A stretch of 64,000 nucleotides of DNA, taken from sequence record PQ900156.1; one strand, 5' to 3'. Position numbers and translations under genes: made by a program. The number at the start of each line of letters is the position of its first letter. Position 1 is the first letter of the stretch. The stretch comes from Escherichia phage vB_EcoP_ShWW44. The notes beneath the pieces were generated by a model. That model did not search any database and was not told the origin of the DNA. It was given only the letters and a program-made list of their open reading frames with translations. Of the stretch, positions 19,326 through 28,660 are shown one piece after another.

Positions 19326-20305
19326 TGAAAATAACCAACAATCATGATGTCTCACTGGCTCTGGCTGTATGGCTATTACATGACGAGTATGATTACGTAG
19401 ACAATCCTAAGTATCTGTCTGTTACTACATTGCTTAAGCCCATTAAGCAAATCGTCATGAAACATCGTGTAGATTTAAGTGACCAGTCAATTGATGTTAT
19501 GGATTTTGTCTCCACATCAATGGGTACTGGTTTGCATGACTCTATCGAGAAAGCCTGGAAGCTGGGTCATAAGACTGCATTGAAGAAGTTGGGGTATCCT
19601 CAGCGAGTAATTGATGCAGTAGTCATTAACCCAACCAAAGCAGACTTTGATGCTAACCCTGACCTTATCCCAATCTACATTGAACAGCGTGGAACCAGGG
19701 TAGTTAAGGGTTGGACTATCGGTGGTAAGTTCGACATCGTAACAGAGGGTCTGTTGCAAGACTTTAAGTCCACCTCAACCTATTCCTGGGTTGCTGGTTC
19801 CCGTGATGATGAACACAAGATGCAAGGCAGCTTGTACCGTTGGATTCATAACGACATCATTACCGAGGATGTAATTCGTATTAACTACATCTTCACTGAC
19901 TTCATGAAGCATATGGCTAATAGCAATCCAAACTATCCTGCTAATCGTATTATGCATAAGGATATTCCGTTGCTATCTGTCGATAAGACTGAACGTTGGG
20001 TAGAAGAGAAGATTCACCTCATTGAGAAGTACTGGAATGCCCCTGAAGAGGAAATTCCTGAATGTACTGACGAGGAGTTGTGGCGAACAGAACCACAGTT
20101 CAAATACTTCTCTGATGCTTCTAAGGTAGATGTACCTGGAGCCAGAAGTACCAAAAACTTTGACGATATGGCATCTGCTCGTATCTTCATGGCTGAAAAA
20201 GGTGGCAAGGGTGCTATCAAGGTCGTGGAGGGGCAGGTTAAGCGTTGTCTGTACTGCCCTGTCGCATCCATTTGCAAACAAAGAGAGAGATATTTTCCAT
20301 CATGA
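19325..20305 (+). CDS. PD-(D/E)xK nuclease with C-terminal Cys cluster (RecB/Cas4-like)
   Basis: FDIV...QDFK fits D...(D/E)xK; C-terminal CLYCPVASIC (C-x2-C-x5-C) plus an upstream Cys. Confidence 0.45.
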   Translation: MKITNNHDVSLALAVWLLHDEYDYVDNPKYLSVTTLLKPIKQIVMKHRVDLSDQSIDVMDFVSTSMGTGLHDSIEKAWKLGHKTALKKLGYPQRVIDAVVINPTKADFDANPDLIPIYIEQRGTRVVKGWTIGGKFDIVTEGLLQDFKSTSTYSWVAGSRDDEHKMQGSLYRWIHNDIITEDVIRINYIFTDFMKHMANSNPNYPANRIMHKDIPLLSVDKTERWVEEKIHLIEKYWNAPEEEIPECTDEELWRTEPQFKYFSDASKVDVPGARSTKNFDDMASARIFMAEKGGKGAIKVVEGQVKRCLYCPVASICKQRERYFPS

Positions 20306-22455
20306 GTATTGACCTTACCGGAGTAGTGCATCATCCGGCGATTGAAGAAATCGTAGATGTGCTCTGCAATAAAACCCAGAATAATGACCGGGGATTTTTC
20401 CGTGTCGAAGTAGCCTACTTCTTGGCTAAAATGGCATCCTGCATGGGTGCAACCATCGTAACTAAAGATCGTGGTGACCTGCCGGTAAACATCTACGCTA
20501 TAGCGTTGGCTACATCTGGTTTCGGTAAAGGTCACTCAGTAAATATCATTGAAGACGGGTTCATGACTGGCTTCCGTAAACGCTTTATGGAAGACACCAT
20601 GCCCGTCATTGCAAATGATCGTCTATGGAAGATTGCTAACGAACGCTCTGCACGGCAGGGTACTGACCAGCAGGAAGAGTTTGATAAAGTTGAGGCAGAG
20701 TATAAACGTGCAGGGGCATATCCGTTTACGTTTGACTCAGGTACTCCACCAGCAGTTAAACAACTACGCCATAAACTATTAATGGCTGGATGTGGTTCAA
20801 TCAATCTTCAGATTGATGAAATTGGTTCGAACCTGTTGGCTAACATGGATGTACTAACCTTGTTCCTGGAGTTATATGACCAGGGAAAAGTAAAACAGAA
20901 GCTAACCAAGAATACTGCTGAAAGCGTTCGTGGTGAAGAATTGGATGGCAAAACTCCAACTAACCTGCTGCTGTTTGGTACACCAAGTAAGCTACTGGAT
21001 GGTGGTCAGACTGAAGACCAGTTCTATGGCTTTCTTGATATAGGGTATGCACGTCGCTGTCTGTTTGCCACTGGTCACTTAGACAAAAGAGCACATGCAA
21101 CACTAACCCCGGAAGAAATCTACCGTAACTTGATTAAACAAGATAACGTACAGACCCTTGGTAAGTGGGCTAACCATTTCCATAGTCTGGCTGATCCAAA
21201 CCTGTTTGGTTTTAAGATGGTTGTGGAAGATGCAGTGGGTATTGCTCTGATTGCTTACAAAATTGATTGTGAGAAACAAGCAGAAGCTATGGCTGACCAC
21301 GAAGAAATTCGTAAAGCTGAAATTTCCCACCGTTATTTCAAAGCACTTAAACTGGCAGGAGCACTGGCGTTTGTTGACCAGAGTTCATTCATTGAGATGA
21401 CTCACCTTAAACAAGCAATTCTGCTTGTAGAAGAATCTGGAGCAGCATTCCAGACAATCCTCAATCGTGAGAAGGCTTATGTGAAGCTGGCTAAATACAT
21501 TGCTTCTGTAGGTAAAGAAGTAACTCATGCTGACTTGGTGGAGTCATTGCCTTTCTATAAGAGCGGCAATGCAGCTCGTAATGAGATGATGACTCTTGCT
21601 ACAGCATGGGGATATAAACAGCACATCATCATTAAGAAAACCTTCAATGAAGGTATTGAATTCTTTCGTGGGGAAACTCTGAAAGAGACTGACATCAATG
21701 AGATGATAGTGGCATATAGTGATAGCTTTGCTTATGACTACATTGGTGAACGTGTACCGTTCGACCAGTTGCATGTATTAACCCAAGCTCCCGGTATGCA
21801 TTGGGTAAACCATCACATGAAGAATGGGCATCGTTCTGAAGAGAACGTTATTCCAGGATTTAACATGATTGTTATTGACTGTGATGGAGGAGTACCACTG
21901 CATACGTGCCATGAACTGATGAAGGAATATAAGTTCATGACCTATACCACTAAGCGTCATTCTGATGAAGAGAACCGATTCCGACTGATTATTCCAATGA
22001 ACTATGAGTTACATCTCGATACTGAGGAATACAAAGAGTTCATGAATAACGTTATGTCTTGGCTACCGTTTGAAACGGATGAATCTGCTAACCAACGGGC
22101 CAAGAAGTGGATGTCCTGTGAGACTGGTTCCTATCATTACAATCTTGAAGCAAATCTGCTGGATGTGCGTGACTTTATTCCTCGTACTAGTAAGAACGAG
22201 CAGTTCCAGAACCAGATGAAGGAAGTACAGTCGTTGGATAATCTGGAGCGTTGGTTCGCTAGTCGTATTGCTACCGGTAATCGTAATAATCAAATGATTA
22301 AGTACGCACTGGCATTGGTTGACAGTGGTTGGGACTTTGCTCAAGTACAGCAAGCCGTCCACTCATTCAATAAGAAACTGGCTAATCCATTACCAGATGA
22401 TGAATTGAATGCAACCGTAATGGTCACCGTGGCTAAACGCTTCGCTGGCAAGTAA
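20302..22455 (+). CDS. DNA primase (prim-pol-like core with PriCT-like C-terminus)
   Basis: NMIVIDCDGG DxD motif; C-terminal helical region resembling PriCT; start set to ATG 20302 after upstream stop. Confidence 0.5.
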   Translation: MSIDLTGVVHHPAIEEIVDVLCNKTQNNDRGFFRVEVAYFLAKMASCMGATIVTKDRGDLPVNIYAIALATSGFGKGHSVNIIEDGFMTGFRKRFMEDTMPVIANDRLWKIANERSARQGTDQQEEFDKVEAEYKRAGAYPFTFDSGTPPAVKQLRHKLLMAGCGSINLQIDEIGSNLLANMDVLTLFLELYDQGKVKQKLTKNTAESVRGEELDGKTPTNLLLFGTPSKLLDGGQTEDQFYGFLDIGYARRCLFATGHLDKRAHATLTPEEIYRNLIKQDNVQTLGKWANHFHSLADPNLFGFKMVVEDAVGIALIAYKIDCEKQAEAMADHEEIRKAEISHRYFKALKLAGALAFVDQSSFIEMTHLKQAILLVEESGAAFQTILNREKAYVKLAKYIASVGKEVTHADLVESLPFYKSGNAARNEMMTLATAWGYKQHIIIKKTFNEGIEFFRGETLKETDINEMIVAYSDSFAYDYIGERVPFDQLHVLTQAPGMHWVNHHMKNGHRSEENVIPGFNMIVIDCDGGVPLHTCHELMKEYKFMTYTTKRHSDEENRFRLIIPMNYELHLDTEEYKEFMNNVMSWLPFETDESANQRAKKWMSCETGSYHYNLEANLLDVRDFIPRTSKNEQFQNQMKEVQSLDNLERWFASRIATGNRNNQMIKYALALVDSGWDFAQVQQAVHSFNKKLANPLPDDELNATVMVTVAKRFAGK

Positions 22456-22456
22456 G

Positions 22457-22491
22457 CAAACAGGAGTCTTTCTTTGGTTTGAAGGACTCCT
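22457..22491 (+). other. 10-bp stem-loop downstream of primase gene, no T-tract
   Basis: AGGAGTCTTTC/GAAGGACTCC-type stem with 8-nt loop; not followed by a U-run, so terminator function is doubtful. Confidence 0.3.
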
Positions 22492-22511
22492 AAATTAAAT
22501 GAGGAAAAATA

Positions 22512-23264
22512 ATGTCCGAAGTAATTCCCAATGATATGAACACTCAGCTAATCCTGATTGCAGGATTCTCAGCGAGTGGTAAATCAGCATCACTGCGTAA
22601 CATCCGGAACCAGGAACGCTGGCTCTATCTGAATACTGAAGCAGGTAAACGTCTGCCTTTCCGTAATAAGTTCAATACCTACAACATTGAAGACCCATAC
22701 CAAATCTGGGAAGCATTTGATGTTGCATCTCCTGGTGGAGAAATGGCAGATGATGTTGATGGTATCATCATTGACTCAGCAACCTTTATGATGGATATGC
22801 TGGAATCTCAGTATGTACTGCCTTCTGCAAACACACAAAAGGCATGGGGTGACTTTGCACAGTTCTTTAAGATACTGCTGCAACAGAAAGTCGTTAAGTT
22901 TGGTAAGCCAGTGATTATTACTGCTCATGCTAAAGACGAACTGGATGAAGCTGCTGGTGTGATGAAAACGTTCATCCCAGTGAAAGGCTCTCTGAAGAAT
23001 AACGGGCTTGAAGCCTACTTCTCTACTGTGGTTTACGCAGAACGTGTAGACATCAAAGAACTGGAGAAGTATGGGAACAAGATGTTAGAAATTACGGAAG
23101 AGGAACGTGACTTAGGATATAAGCACGTATTCCAGACCCGTCCAACTAAGAAGTCGGTTGGTAAACGACTTCGTTCCCCAATGGGTATGTTCGATAAGTC
23201 CGAGACTTACATTGATAACGATGCCCAGAAACTCTTAGACCATCTGGCTGAATACTACGCTTAA
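22512..23264 (+). CDS. RecA-like NTPase (AAA_24/Sak4-like)
   Basis: Walker A GFSASGKSAS, Walker B-like GIIIDSA; 250 aa. Confidence 0.5.
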   Translation: MSEVIPNDMNTQLILIAGFSASGKSASLRNIRNQERWLYLNTEAGKRLPFRNKFNTYNIEDPYQIWEAFDVASPGGEMADDVDGIIIDSATFMMDMLESQYVLPSANTQKAWGDFAQFFKILLQQKVVKFGKPVIITAHAKDELDEAAGVMKTFIPVKGSLKNNGLEAYFSTVVYAERVDIKELEKYGNKMLEITEEERDLGYKHVFQTRPTKKSVGKRLRSPMGMFDKSETYIDNDAQKLLDHLAEYYA

Positions 23265-23303
23265 GCGTTTGCCTGGTTGTTAATCACTTATTAGGAAAAT
23301 CAT

Positions 23304-24107
23304 ATGTCATTGTTCAGTAATCTGAAAGAAAAAACCAAAAACGTTGAAGCTGTTAAAGACTCCCTGGGTGGTGGTGGCTTCGGTGCAAAAGAGTCCGATA
23401 TCTACACTGGTACTGTAAAAGTAGCTTACGTAGGCAAAGCTGACTCTGGTGCAGACTGGATGCAGTTAATCATCGAAGACCTGAAGAACTCAGATAGCGT
23501 ACCTGCCGGTGAGTTCCGTGCTCAGGTGTACTTCACTTCTGGTAATGCTAAAGGTAACAAGCCGACTTACGAGAAGAACGGTAAAGAATACTTCCTGCCT
23601 GGCTACACTGTCATTAATGACATGATGCTGATGGCTACTGGTACTGAACTGCCTGAAGCAGACTTCGAAGAGAAGATTGTTAAAGTCTACGATTTCGATG
23701 CTAAAGCAGAAGTTAATAAGTCTGTCATGGTTCCAGTTGAACTGGTTGGGCAGACTGTTACCTTCGCTCTGGAAAAGGTTCTGGAATCCAAGCAGGTTAA
23801 GGGTGACAACGGTTACGTTGATTCCGGTGAAACTCGTGAAGTAAACGAGATTCAGAAAGTGTTTCACCCGGAACTGCTGGTCACAGTCGTCGAGGCTCAG
23901 GAAGCAGAGAAGGCTGAGAAAGAACTGACCCCAGAACTGGCTGTATTCTATGCAGCATGGTTAGAGAAGAACAAAGGCAAGACTCGTGATAAGACCAAGG
24001 GTTCTGCTGGTGGTAATGGTAAAGGTGGCTTACCTCCTAAACCAGGTGCAGGTGCTGGCACGGGTACTGCTCCTGCTGGTGGTAAATCACTGTTCGGTAA
24101 ACGTTAA
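23304..24107 (+). CDS. single-stranded DNA-binding protein (N4 gp45-like by size and position)
   Basis: 267 aa, Gly-rich C-terminal tail; sits after primase and ATPase as in N4. Confidence 0.45.
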   Translation: MSLFSNLKEKTKNVEAVKDSLGGGGFGAKESDIYTGTVKVAYVGKADSGADWMQLIIEDLKNSDSVPAGEFRAQVYFTSGNAKGNKPTYEKNGKEYFLPGYTVINDMMLMATGTELPEADFEEKIVKVYDFDAKAEVNKSVMVPVELVGQTVTFALEKVLESKQVKGDNGYVDSGETREVNEIQKVFHPELLVTVVEAQEAEKAEKELTPELAVFYAAWLEKNKGKTRDKTKGSAGGNGKGGLPPKPGAGAGTGTAPAGGKSLFGKR

Positions 24108-24661
24108 TGAAAATCCCAATTGTCGGTGCAGACATTAGTCTCCGCAATTGGGGTTTAGCTCGTGGGATGCTGGACATTGAGTCCGGCGTCTTTGAGCAGG
24201 TCGAACTTAAGCTGGTTCAAACTGGAGTTGACCACAACAAACAAGTTCGAACCAACTCCAAAGATATACAAGCCGCTCACGATTTGTTTCTTGGTTGTGA
24301 GGAATGGATACGATCTGCTAAAGCAGTATTCGTAGAAGTACCGGTAGGCTCTCAGTCTGCTAACGGTATGAAATCCTACGGTGTATGCGTAGGATTAATA
24401 GGTGCATTTCGTGCATTGGGTTGTCCAATCTTTGAAGTATCCCCAATTGAAAACAAACTTGCACTGGTAGGTGATAAAACTGCAGCCAAGGACACGATGA
24501 TTCGTGCTGCTCATGCCATCTATCCTGAAGCCAACTGGCTCACTGATAAGAAAGGCAAACTTCTGAATAAGAATGAGCACTTAGCTGATGCAATCGGTGC
24601 AATCCATGCTGGTGTAAATCTCCCAGCTTTCCAGAACCTTATTAAGTTATTAAAGGCGTAA
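24107..24661 (+). CDS. RuvC-like Holliday junction resolvase
   Basis: N-terminal MKIPIVGADISLRNWGLA resembles the RuvC/YqgF first-strand Asp motif. Confidence 0.45.
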   Translation: MKIPIVGADISLRNWGLARGMLDIESGVFEQVELKLVQTGVDHNKQVRTNSKDIQAAHDLFLGCEEWIRSAKAVFVEVPVGSQSANGMKSYGVCVGLIGAFRALGCPIFEVSPIENKLALVGDKTAAKDTMIRAAHAIYPEANWLTDKKGKLLNKNEHLADAIGAIHAGVNLPAFQNLIKLLKA

Positions 24662-24662
24662 T

Positions 24663-25106
24663 ATGCAAATCATTTTGAACCAGTCCGAAGTAGAAGCTGC
24701 TGTACAGGCTTATGTAGATGATCAAATCAATCTTGCTGGTGACATTAATATTGTCATCAATGCAGATGGTACTGCCTCTGTTGGTATCAACGAAGAGGTA
24801 AGTCACGAAGATGACTCCCCACCCGTGGTAGAGAAGAAAACTCGTCGTTCTCGTAAGAACCCACAAGAAGCTAAACACCGTCCGGTAGAACCAGAGCCGG
24901 AAGAAGTAGTTGGAGAGCTAAAGGTGGAAGAAACCCAGACCTCTACTGGTGGTCCGAACGAGAGTTCTACGCCGGAACCTGAAGAAGAAGCAGTAGCTGA
25001 ACCAGAAGCACAAGAAGAAGTTGTGCAGGAAGAGGTTAAGGCTGAAGAACCGGCAGAGAAACCTGCTACTAAGCCTTCACTGTTCGCTGGCCTAAAACGT
25101 AGTTAA
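24663..25106 (+). CDS. highly acidic, low-complexity protein (147 aa)
   Basis: Glu/Pro-rich repeats (PEPEE, EEVVQEEV). Confidence 0.55.
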   Translation: MQIILNQSEVEAAVQAYVDDQINLAGDINIVINADGTASVGINEEVSHEDDSPPVVEKKTRRSRKNPQEAKHRPVEPEPEEVVGELKVEETQTSTGGPNESSTPEPEEEAVAEPEAQEEVVQEEVKAEEPAEKPATKPSLFAGLKRS

Positions 25107-25337
25107 TCTGGTAGGTGGCTCAGAAGCTGCTGCTAGGTGTGGTAGTGTTTATAGTCCTGATGCTACTACTGGTCAGGATTATAGACGTGTCGGCTCCATA
25201 CATAGCTTTTATCATCACTGTCATTATCCTGTGGAAATGCAGTGGTAAACACGGTGGTGACAAGCCGCCAGAGTAACAACAACCGAACCAGTGTGCAGGA
25301 ATACTCTCCCCTGTGCATTGGTTCAACTGAAGCTAAT

Positions 25338-25508
25338 ATGAACAAATTTACTATTCACTGGCTCAATGGAAAGGTTAGTTCTTTCATGGGTGAAGAACCC
25401 GTTGAAGGAAAGAAAGTATTTCACATTGAATCGGAAGGATGCAAAATCTTAGTACCGTATGCTTGGTATAAAGAAGGTGAAGTAGAAGCATTAAAAAAGA
25501 GTAGTTAA
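25338..25508 (+). CDS. small hypothetical protein (about 56 aa)
   Basis: Track ORF 25242..25508 starts with GTG; first ATG at 25338; weak RBS. Confidence 0.25.
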   Translation: MNKFTIHWLNGKVSSFMGEEPVEGKKVFHIESEGCKILVPYAWYKEGEVEALKKSS

Positions 25509-25907
25509 TATCGTGAAGGGTTCTGTTAGAATCCTTTGAGATAGGAACTCCTATCATAACCTTTCTTAACTTAATCCTTGCCGTATGGCACTGACGCTAG
25601 GGTTTATGCCCATCCGTCAGGTAGACTATTTTAAGAATGGGTTATCACAGAAAATGTAAAGCAACATTCGGGTTAATCAATGGCCTCTCTCTATAGGGGC
25701 CATTTCTGAATCTTAGGCTATATCCCAAAGGTTAGTATCTTTGGGATAAGGCTTCAGATCCCTTATAAACTAACGCTCATGTTGAGCATAACACTAACCC
25801 CTACTGGCGGGTAATTCGATACGCTAGTCCTACAGCATCGAATTGTTAGGTCTTACATGCAACATAGGGTATAAAGGGAGGATTCGTCCCCTCCCTCCTA
25901 TTATAAT

Positions 25908-25977
25908 GGTCGGGGTAGCACGTAGGCATGTGCAGAAGGTCGCTACTTCTCTCGCTGGTTCGAATCCAGCCCCTGAC
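25908..25977 (+). tRNA. probable tRNA (isotype unresolved; anticodon loop read as GTCGCTA)
   Basis: 7-bp acceptor stem GTCGGGG/CCCTGAC, D-stem GCAC/GTGC with GG in loop, perfect stem AGAAG/CTTCT, T-arm GCTGG-TTCGAAT-CCAGC; TATAAT element just upstream; variable loop only 3 nt. Confidence 0.45.
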
Positions 25978-26433
25978 CTACTGACATCCTATCAATGAGT
26001 ACATTAGGCTAACGTGCGGAGGTTTACACTGTAGCCGGTGTAGGTGGAGAAGACGGCAGGGTAGCTACCTGTGCTTAGTGTACTCTTTGATAGTTTTCGT
26101 AAGCGATTATGCGGTTTTTTAGAAATGAACCAATAACATAAATGCAAACGATGATGTTGTTCTGATGGCGGCGTAATAGCCTGTAAGTCAGCAAGGTCTT
26201 CCTATTCCTTGTAAATAAATTCGGCGCAGTGGCCCGCTGTAATTAATAATGGGCACACAACAGGTAAGAGCATTGGGTAATGTCAGCCTTGGTTCGAAGT
26301 CGAAAGACATGCGGTAATACCCAGCCAAAGTTCCAGTGCTCTTTCCGTTGTGGAAATGCAAGCACAACAAGTCCAGACGATATCTGAGTGACTTTAAAAA
26401 CAGATGGAGCCAGGTGGAATCCCTGGCAATCTA

Positions 26434-26499
26434 TTCCGGTGTAGGTACTAGTGTCGTGCACGGCATGAGTGTTCTGGTTCGAGTCCAGACGCCGGAACC
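26434..26499 (+). ncRNA. tRNA-like element: acceptor stem + T-arm + encoded CCA, no D or anticodon arm found
   Basis: 5' TCCGGTG pairs 3' CGCCGGA (one G-U); T-arm TCTGG-TTCGAGT-CCAGA; discriminator A then CCA; only 31 nt between acceptor and T-stem. Confidence 0.35.
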
Positions 26500-26597
26500 A
26501 ATTACCAGTTGCACGAGATGGCTTGGCATGTTCAAGTTTGGACTAAGTGTGACACCGCTAGATTGGAGGGCTGCTGCGGTAAGCTATAGACTCCAAC

Positions 26598-26625
26598 CGG
26601 GGGTTCGAATCCCTCACTGGTAACC
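26598..26625 (+). ncRNA. tRNA-like 3' module (T-arm + acceptor 3' strand + CCA)
   Basis: GGGGG-TTCGAAT-CCCTC, then ACTGGTA-A-CCA; only exact 5' partner TACCAGT is at 26502-26508, about 90 nt upstream. Confidence 0.3.
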
Positions 26626-26713
26626 AATTCAAAGTAGCATTGCACTAATCCATCCCGGAGTTCAAAGACCAAACATGGAGCAGTGCTACTTTGAATTAGA
26701 AGAATTAAGGTGG

Positions 26714-26752
26714 GTCTGGTGAAGTAGATAGGGTTCGATTCCCTCCGGTAGA
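26714..26752 (+). ncRNA. tRNA-like minihelix (acceptor-like stem + T-arm)
   Basis: TCTGGTG ... TAGGG-TTCGATT-CCCTC ... CGGTAGA; acceptor arms resemble those of element 26434-26499. Confidence 0.25.
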
Positions 26753-26794
26753 GTAATCTACTAGCGTGCTTGGTGCATGAATAAGACTTAATAC

Positions 26795-26822
26795 TGGTGG
26801 TTCGATTCCATCCCCCACTACC
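26795..26822 (+). ncRNA. tRNA-like 3' module (T-arm + acceptor 3' strand + CCA)
   Basis: GGTGG-TTCGATT-CCATC, then CCCCACT-A-CCA; no complementary 5' strand found within 80 nt. Confidence 0.25.
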
Positions 26823-27351
26823 AATTTGAGGTGTAACAGTTAAATCCAGTTGCCGGAAGTGCTATTCTAGATACGCTGCCAATGTGTGAACGGTAAGGCT
26901 GTACAGGACTCGGACTCCCACCTCAAACCAAAGTCGCCAGGTACTTATGGCAAACGGGTAGTAACGAACTAGTCATTCGTCAAACGCCCAACCTATTACG
27001 AGTCAGCAAGAACGCCTTCACTTAAACTTAAACAATATGAAAGCTTAACGCAGATAATATGTAGGGGTATGTAAGGATTGCGAAGAAGGAGCCAGTTAAA
27101 GCCTGGCATGACTCACCTATTAATAGAGAACATAGTCCTGATTGCATTGCACTCTAAAGACAATGCCGGTGAGACAGTCCGGCACTCTAATTATTGTAAA
27201 CATACCCACTGACGAGTGGGTATGAGTATGAGCAGACTATAATGCTCAAGTACAGTTATCTATTATCGGACTATCAATCCTGTTTGCTGGTACAAGCACC
27301 GGTGGTAATAGTTAACTGGCCTAGTCTCGTTAGCTGCGTTAAAGCTACTGA

Positions 27352-27376
27352 GTCCCTCTTCGGAGGAACTTTTTTA
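27352..27376 (+). terminator. intrinsic terminator with UUCG tetraloop closing the non-coding locus
   Basis: CCTC-ttcg-GAGG core with flanking pairs, followed by TTTTTTATTT. Confidence 0.5.
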
Positions 27377-27398
27377 TTTGAAAGTAGGAGAAATACTA

Positions 27399-27673
27399 TG
27401 GCTAAATATCGTAAAAAACCTGTTGAGATTGAAGCTTTTCAATGGGACGGTAGTCTTAATCTGAACAAAGAACCAACTTGGATAGTAGATGCTCTTCATA
27501 ATGGGGTAGTCTGGTTCTCTGGGAAGGATAATAAATTATGTATCAGAACTCTGGAGGGTATCTTAACTGCTTCCCCCAATGACTATATTATCCAAGGTAT
27601 ACATGGGGAGCTATATCCGTGTAAACCAGATATATTCCTGGAAACCTATATCAAATCAACAACCGTAAGCTGA
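27399..27673 (+). CDS. hypothetical protein (91 aa)
   Basis: Start set to ATG with strong RBS AGTAGGAGAAA (track ORF starts 27242). Confidence 0.6.
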
Positions 27674-27677
27674 AACT

Positions 27678-27836
27678 ATGATTGACCTAATTTCTACTCC
27701 GTATGCCTATGAGGTAACGGATAACCGAGGACATAAGTACTTGGTATTTGCAGGTAGCGTAGCCTATAACAACGCAGTCATGTTTAAGCACACACTAAAA
27801 CCACTCTATGAGGTTAATAATGGCAACAGTAAGTAA
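27678..27836 (+). CDS. small hypothetical protein (about 52 aa; below the ORF-track cutoff)
   Basis: ATG 4 nt after upstream stop; overlaps next gene start; weak RBS. Confidence 0.25.
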   Translation: MIDLISTPYAYEVTDNRGHKYLVFAGSVAYNNAVMFKHTLKPLYEVNNGNSK

Positions 27837-28200
27837 AGAAACAATCGAAGCTAAGATTAAGAGCGTTTACTATTTTAACGGTGCTGATGCAGTGAAGTCT
27901 GCATTCGTTGACCCTTCTGCACTACCGGCAGATGATTTGGCTAACCTGGGTCTAACAACCCATTGCATTATAATCCTGGAAAACGGATTCAAAATTGAAG
28001 GCGTATCTGCCTGTGTAGACCCAACTATCTATGATGAACAGAAGGGTCGTCAGTATGCATATGAAAATGCATTCAATAAGATTTGGGAATTAGAAGGTTA
28101 CCTACTACGTCAGGCACTGCATGAGAAAGAGGAGACTGCTAAAGATCTAGCTTCCTTTGCAGAAAACAACACCTGTGATGGTGGTGGTTGTACAATCTGA
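27820..28200 (+). CDS. N4 gp49-like small protein (family assignment tentative)
   Basis: Start at ATG with GAGG RBS; sits just upstream of the vRNAP gene; family recalled from memory only. Confidence 0.45.
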   Translation: MATVSKETIEAKIKSVYYFNGADAVKSAFVDPSALPADDLANLGLTTHCIIILENGFKIEGVSACVDPTIYDEQKGRQYAYENAFNKIWELEGYLLRQALHEKEETAKDLASFAENNTCDGGGCTI

Positions 28201-28282
28201 TCCAAAGGTGTAAGGTAGTTTTTACCGAAAGGTACTGAACTACCCGACAAAGTAGCAAGGCTCAAAAAGCCAAAACAAAACA

Positions 28283-28306
28283 AGCCCTCCTAGTGAGGGC
28301 TTTCTC
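28283..28306 (+). terminator. intrinsic terminator
   Basis: AGCCCTC-ctagt-GAGGGCT followed by TTCTCATTT. Confidence 0.6.
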
Positions 28307-28333
28307 ATTTAATGGAAAGACTCTAGGAGCACT

Positions 28334-28627
28334 ATGGAACTCTTTAAGAAGGGTCAGCTTATACCAAAGCGTATTGGTGGATTACATGTCCATCGTAAAG
28401 CCCGACACCGTTTAACCTTTGGTTGTGATGTACAAATTGATGGTAATAGCTGGATTGCTGTACCGGATACAGGAATTGCAATGGTTCTCTGTAAGAAGTT
28501 AGGTATTCGCAGAAACAACGGTACTTACCAAAACGTAGATGCAGATTTTGTAGATATTTACTTTGAAGCTAACAAGATTGATTATGTAATCAAGACTGGC
28601 AAAAAGATTCTTGTAGTTAAGAAATAA
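28334..28627 (+). CDS. hypothetical basic protein (97 aa)
   Basis: ORF with AGGAG RBS. Confidence 0.55.
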   Translation: MELFKKGQLIPKRIGGLHVHRKARHRLTFGCDVQIDGNSWIAVPDTGIAMVLCKKLGIRRNNGTYQNVDADFVDIYFEANKIDYVIKTGKKILVVKK

Positions 28628-28632
28628 AACAG

Positions 28633-28658
28633 AAGCCCCTCATTAGAGGGGCTTTTTC
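28633..28658. terminator. bidirectional intrinsic terminator between convergent genes
   Basis: AGCCCCTC-atta-GAGGGGCT flanked by an A-run upstream and TTTTT downstream. Confidence 0.7.
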
Positions 28659-28660
28659 AT

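Noticed and set aside
25120-25326. 68-aa minus-strand ORF
   Set aside because: Cys/Ser-rich, no RBS, overlaps the plus-strand 3' region of the acidic protein gene; likely spurious.
26188-26623. Three ORFs (26188-26370 minus, 26243-26461 minus, 26336-26623 plus) in the tRNA-like locus
   Set aside because: No RBS, they overlap each other and the T-arm/acceptor elements, and are Cys/Trp-rich; the region is better explained as non-coding RNA.
26502-26625. Possible tmRNA-like or intron-containing tRNA spanning TACCAGT (26502) to the CCA at 26625
   Set aside because: The 124-nt span has no D-arm, no recognisable resume codon or tag ORF, and is too short for tmRNA; left as a tRNA-like 3' module only.
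26824-26927. 9-bp long-range complementarity TTTGAGGTG / CACCTCAAA enclosing about 86 nt
   Set aside because: Could be a real helix closing a structured domain, but a single 9-bp match in a 1.9 kb region is not far from chance; noted, not called.
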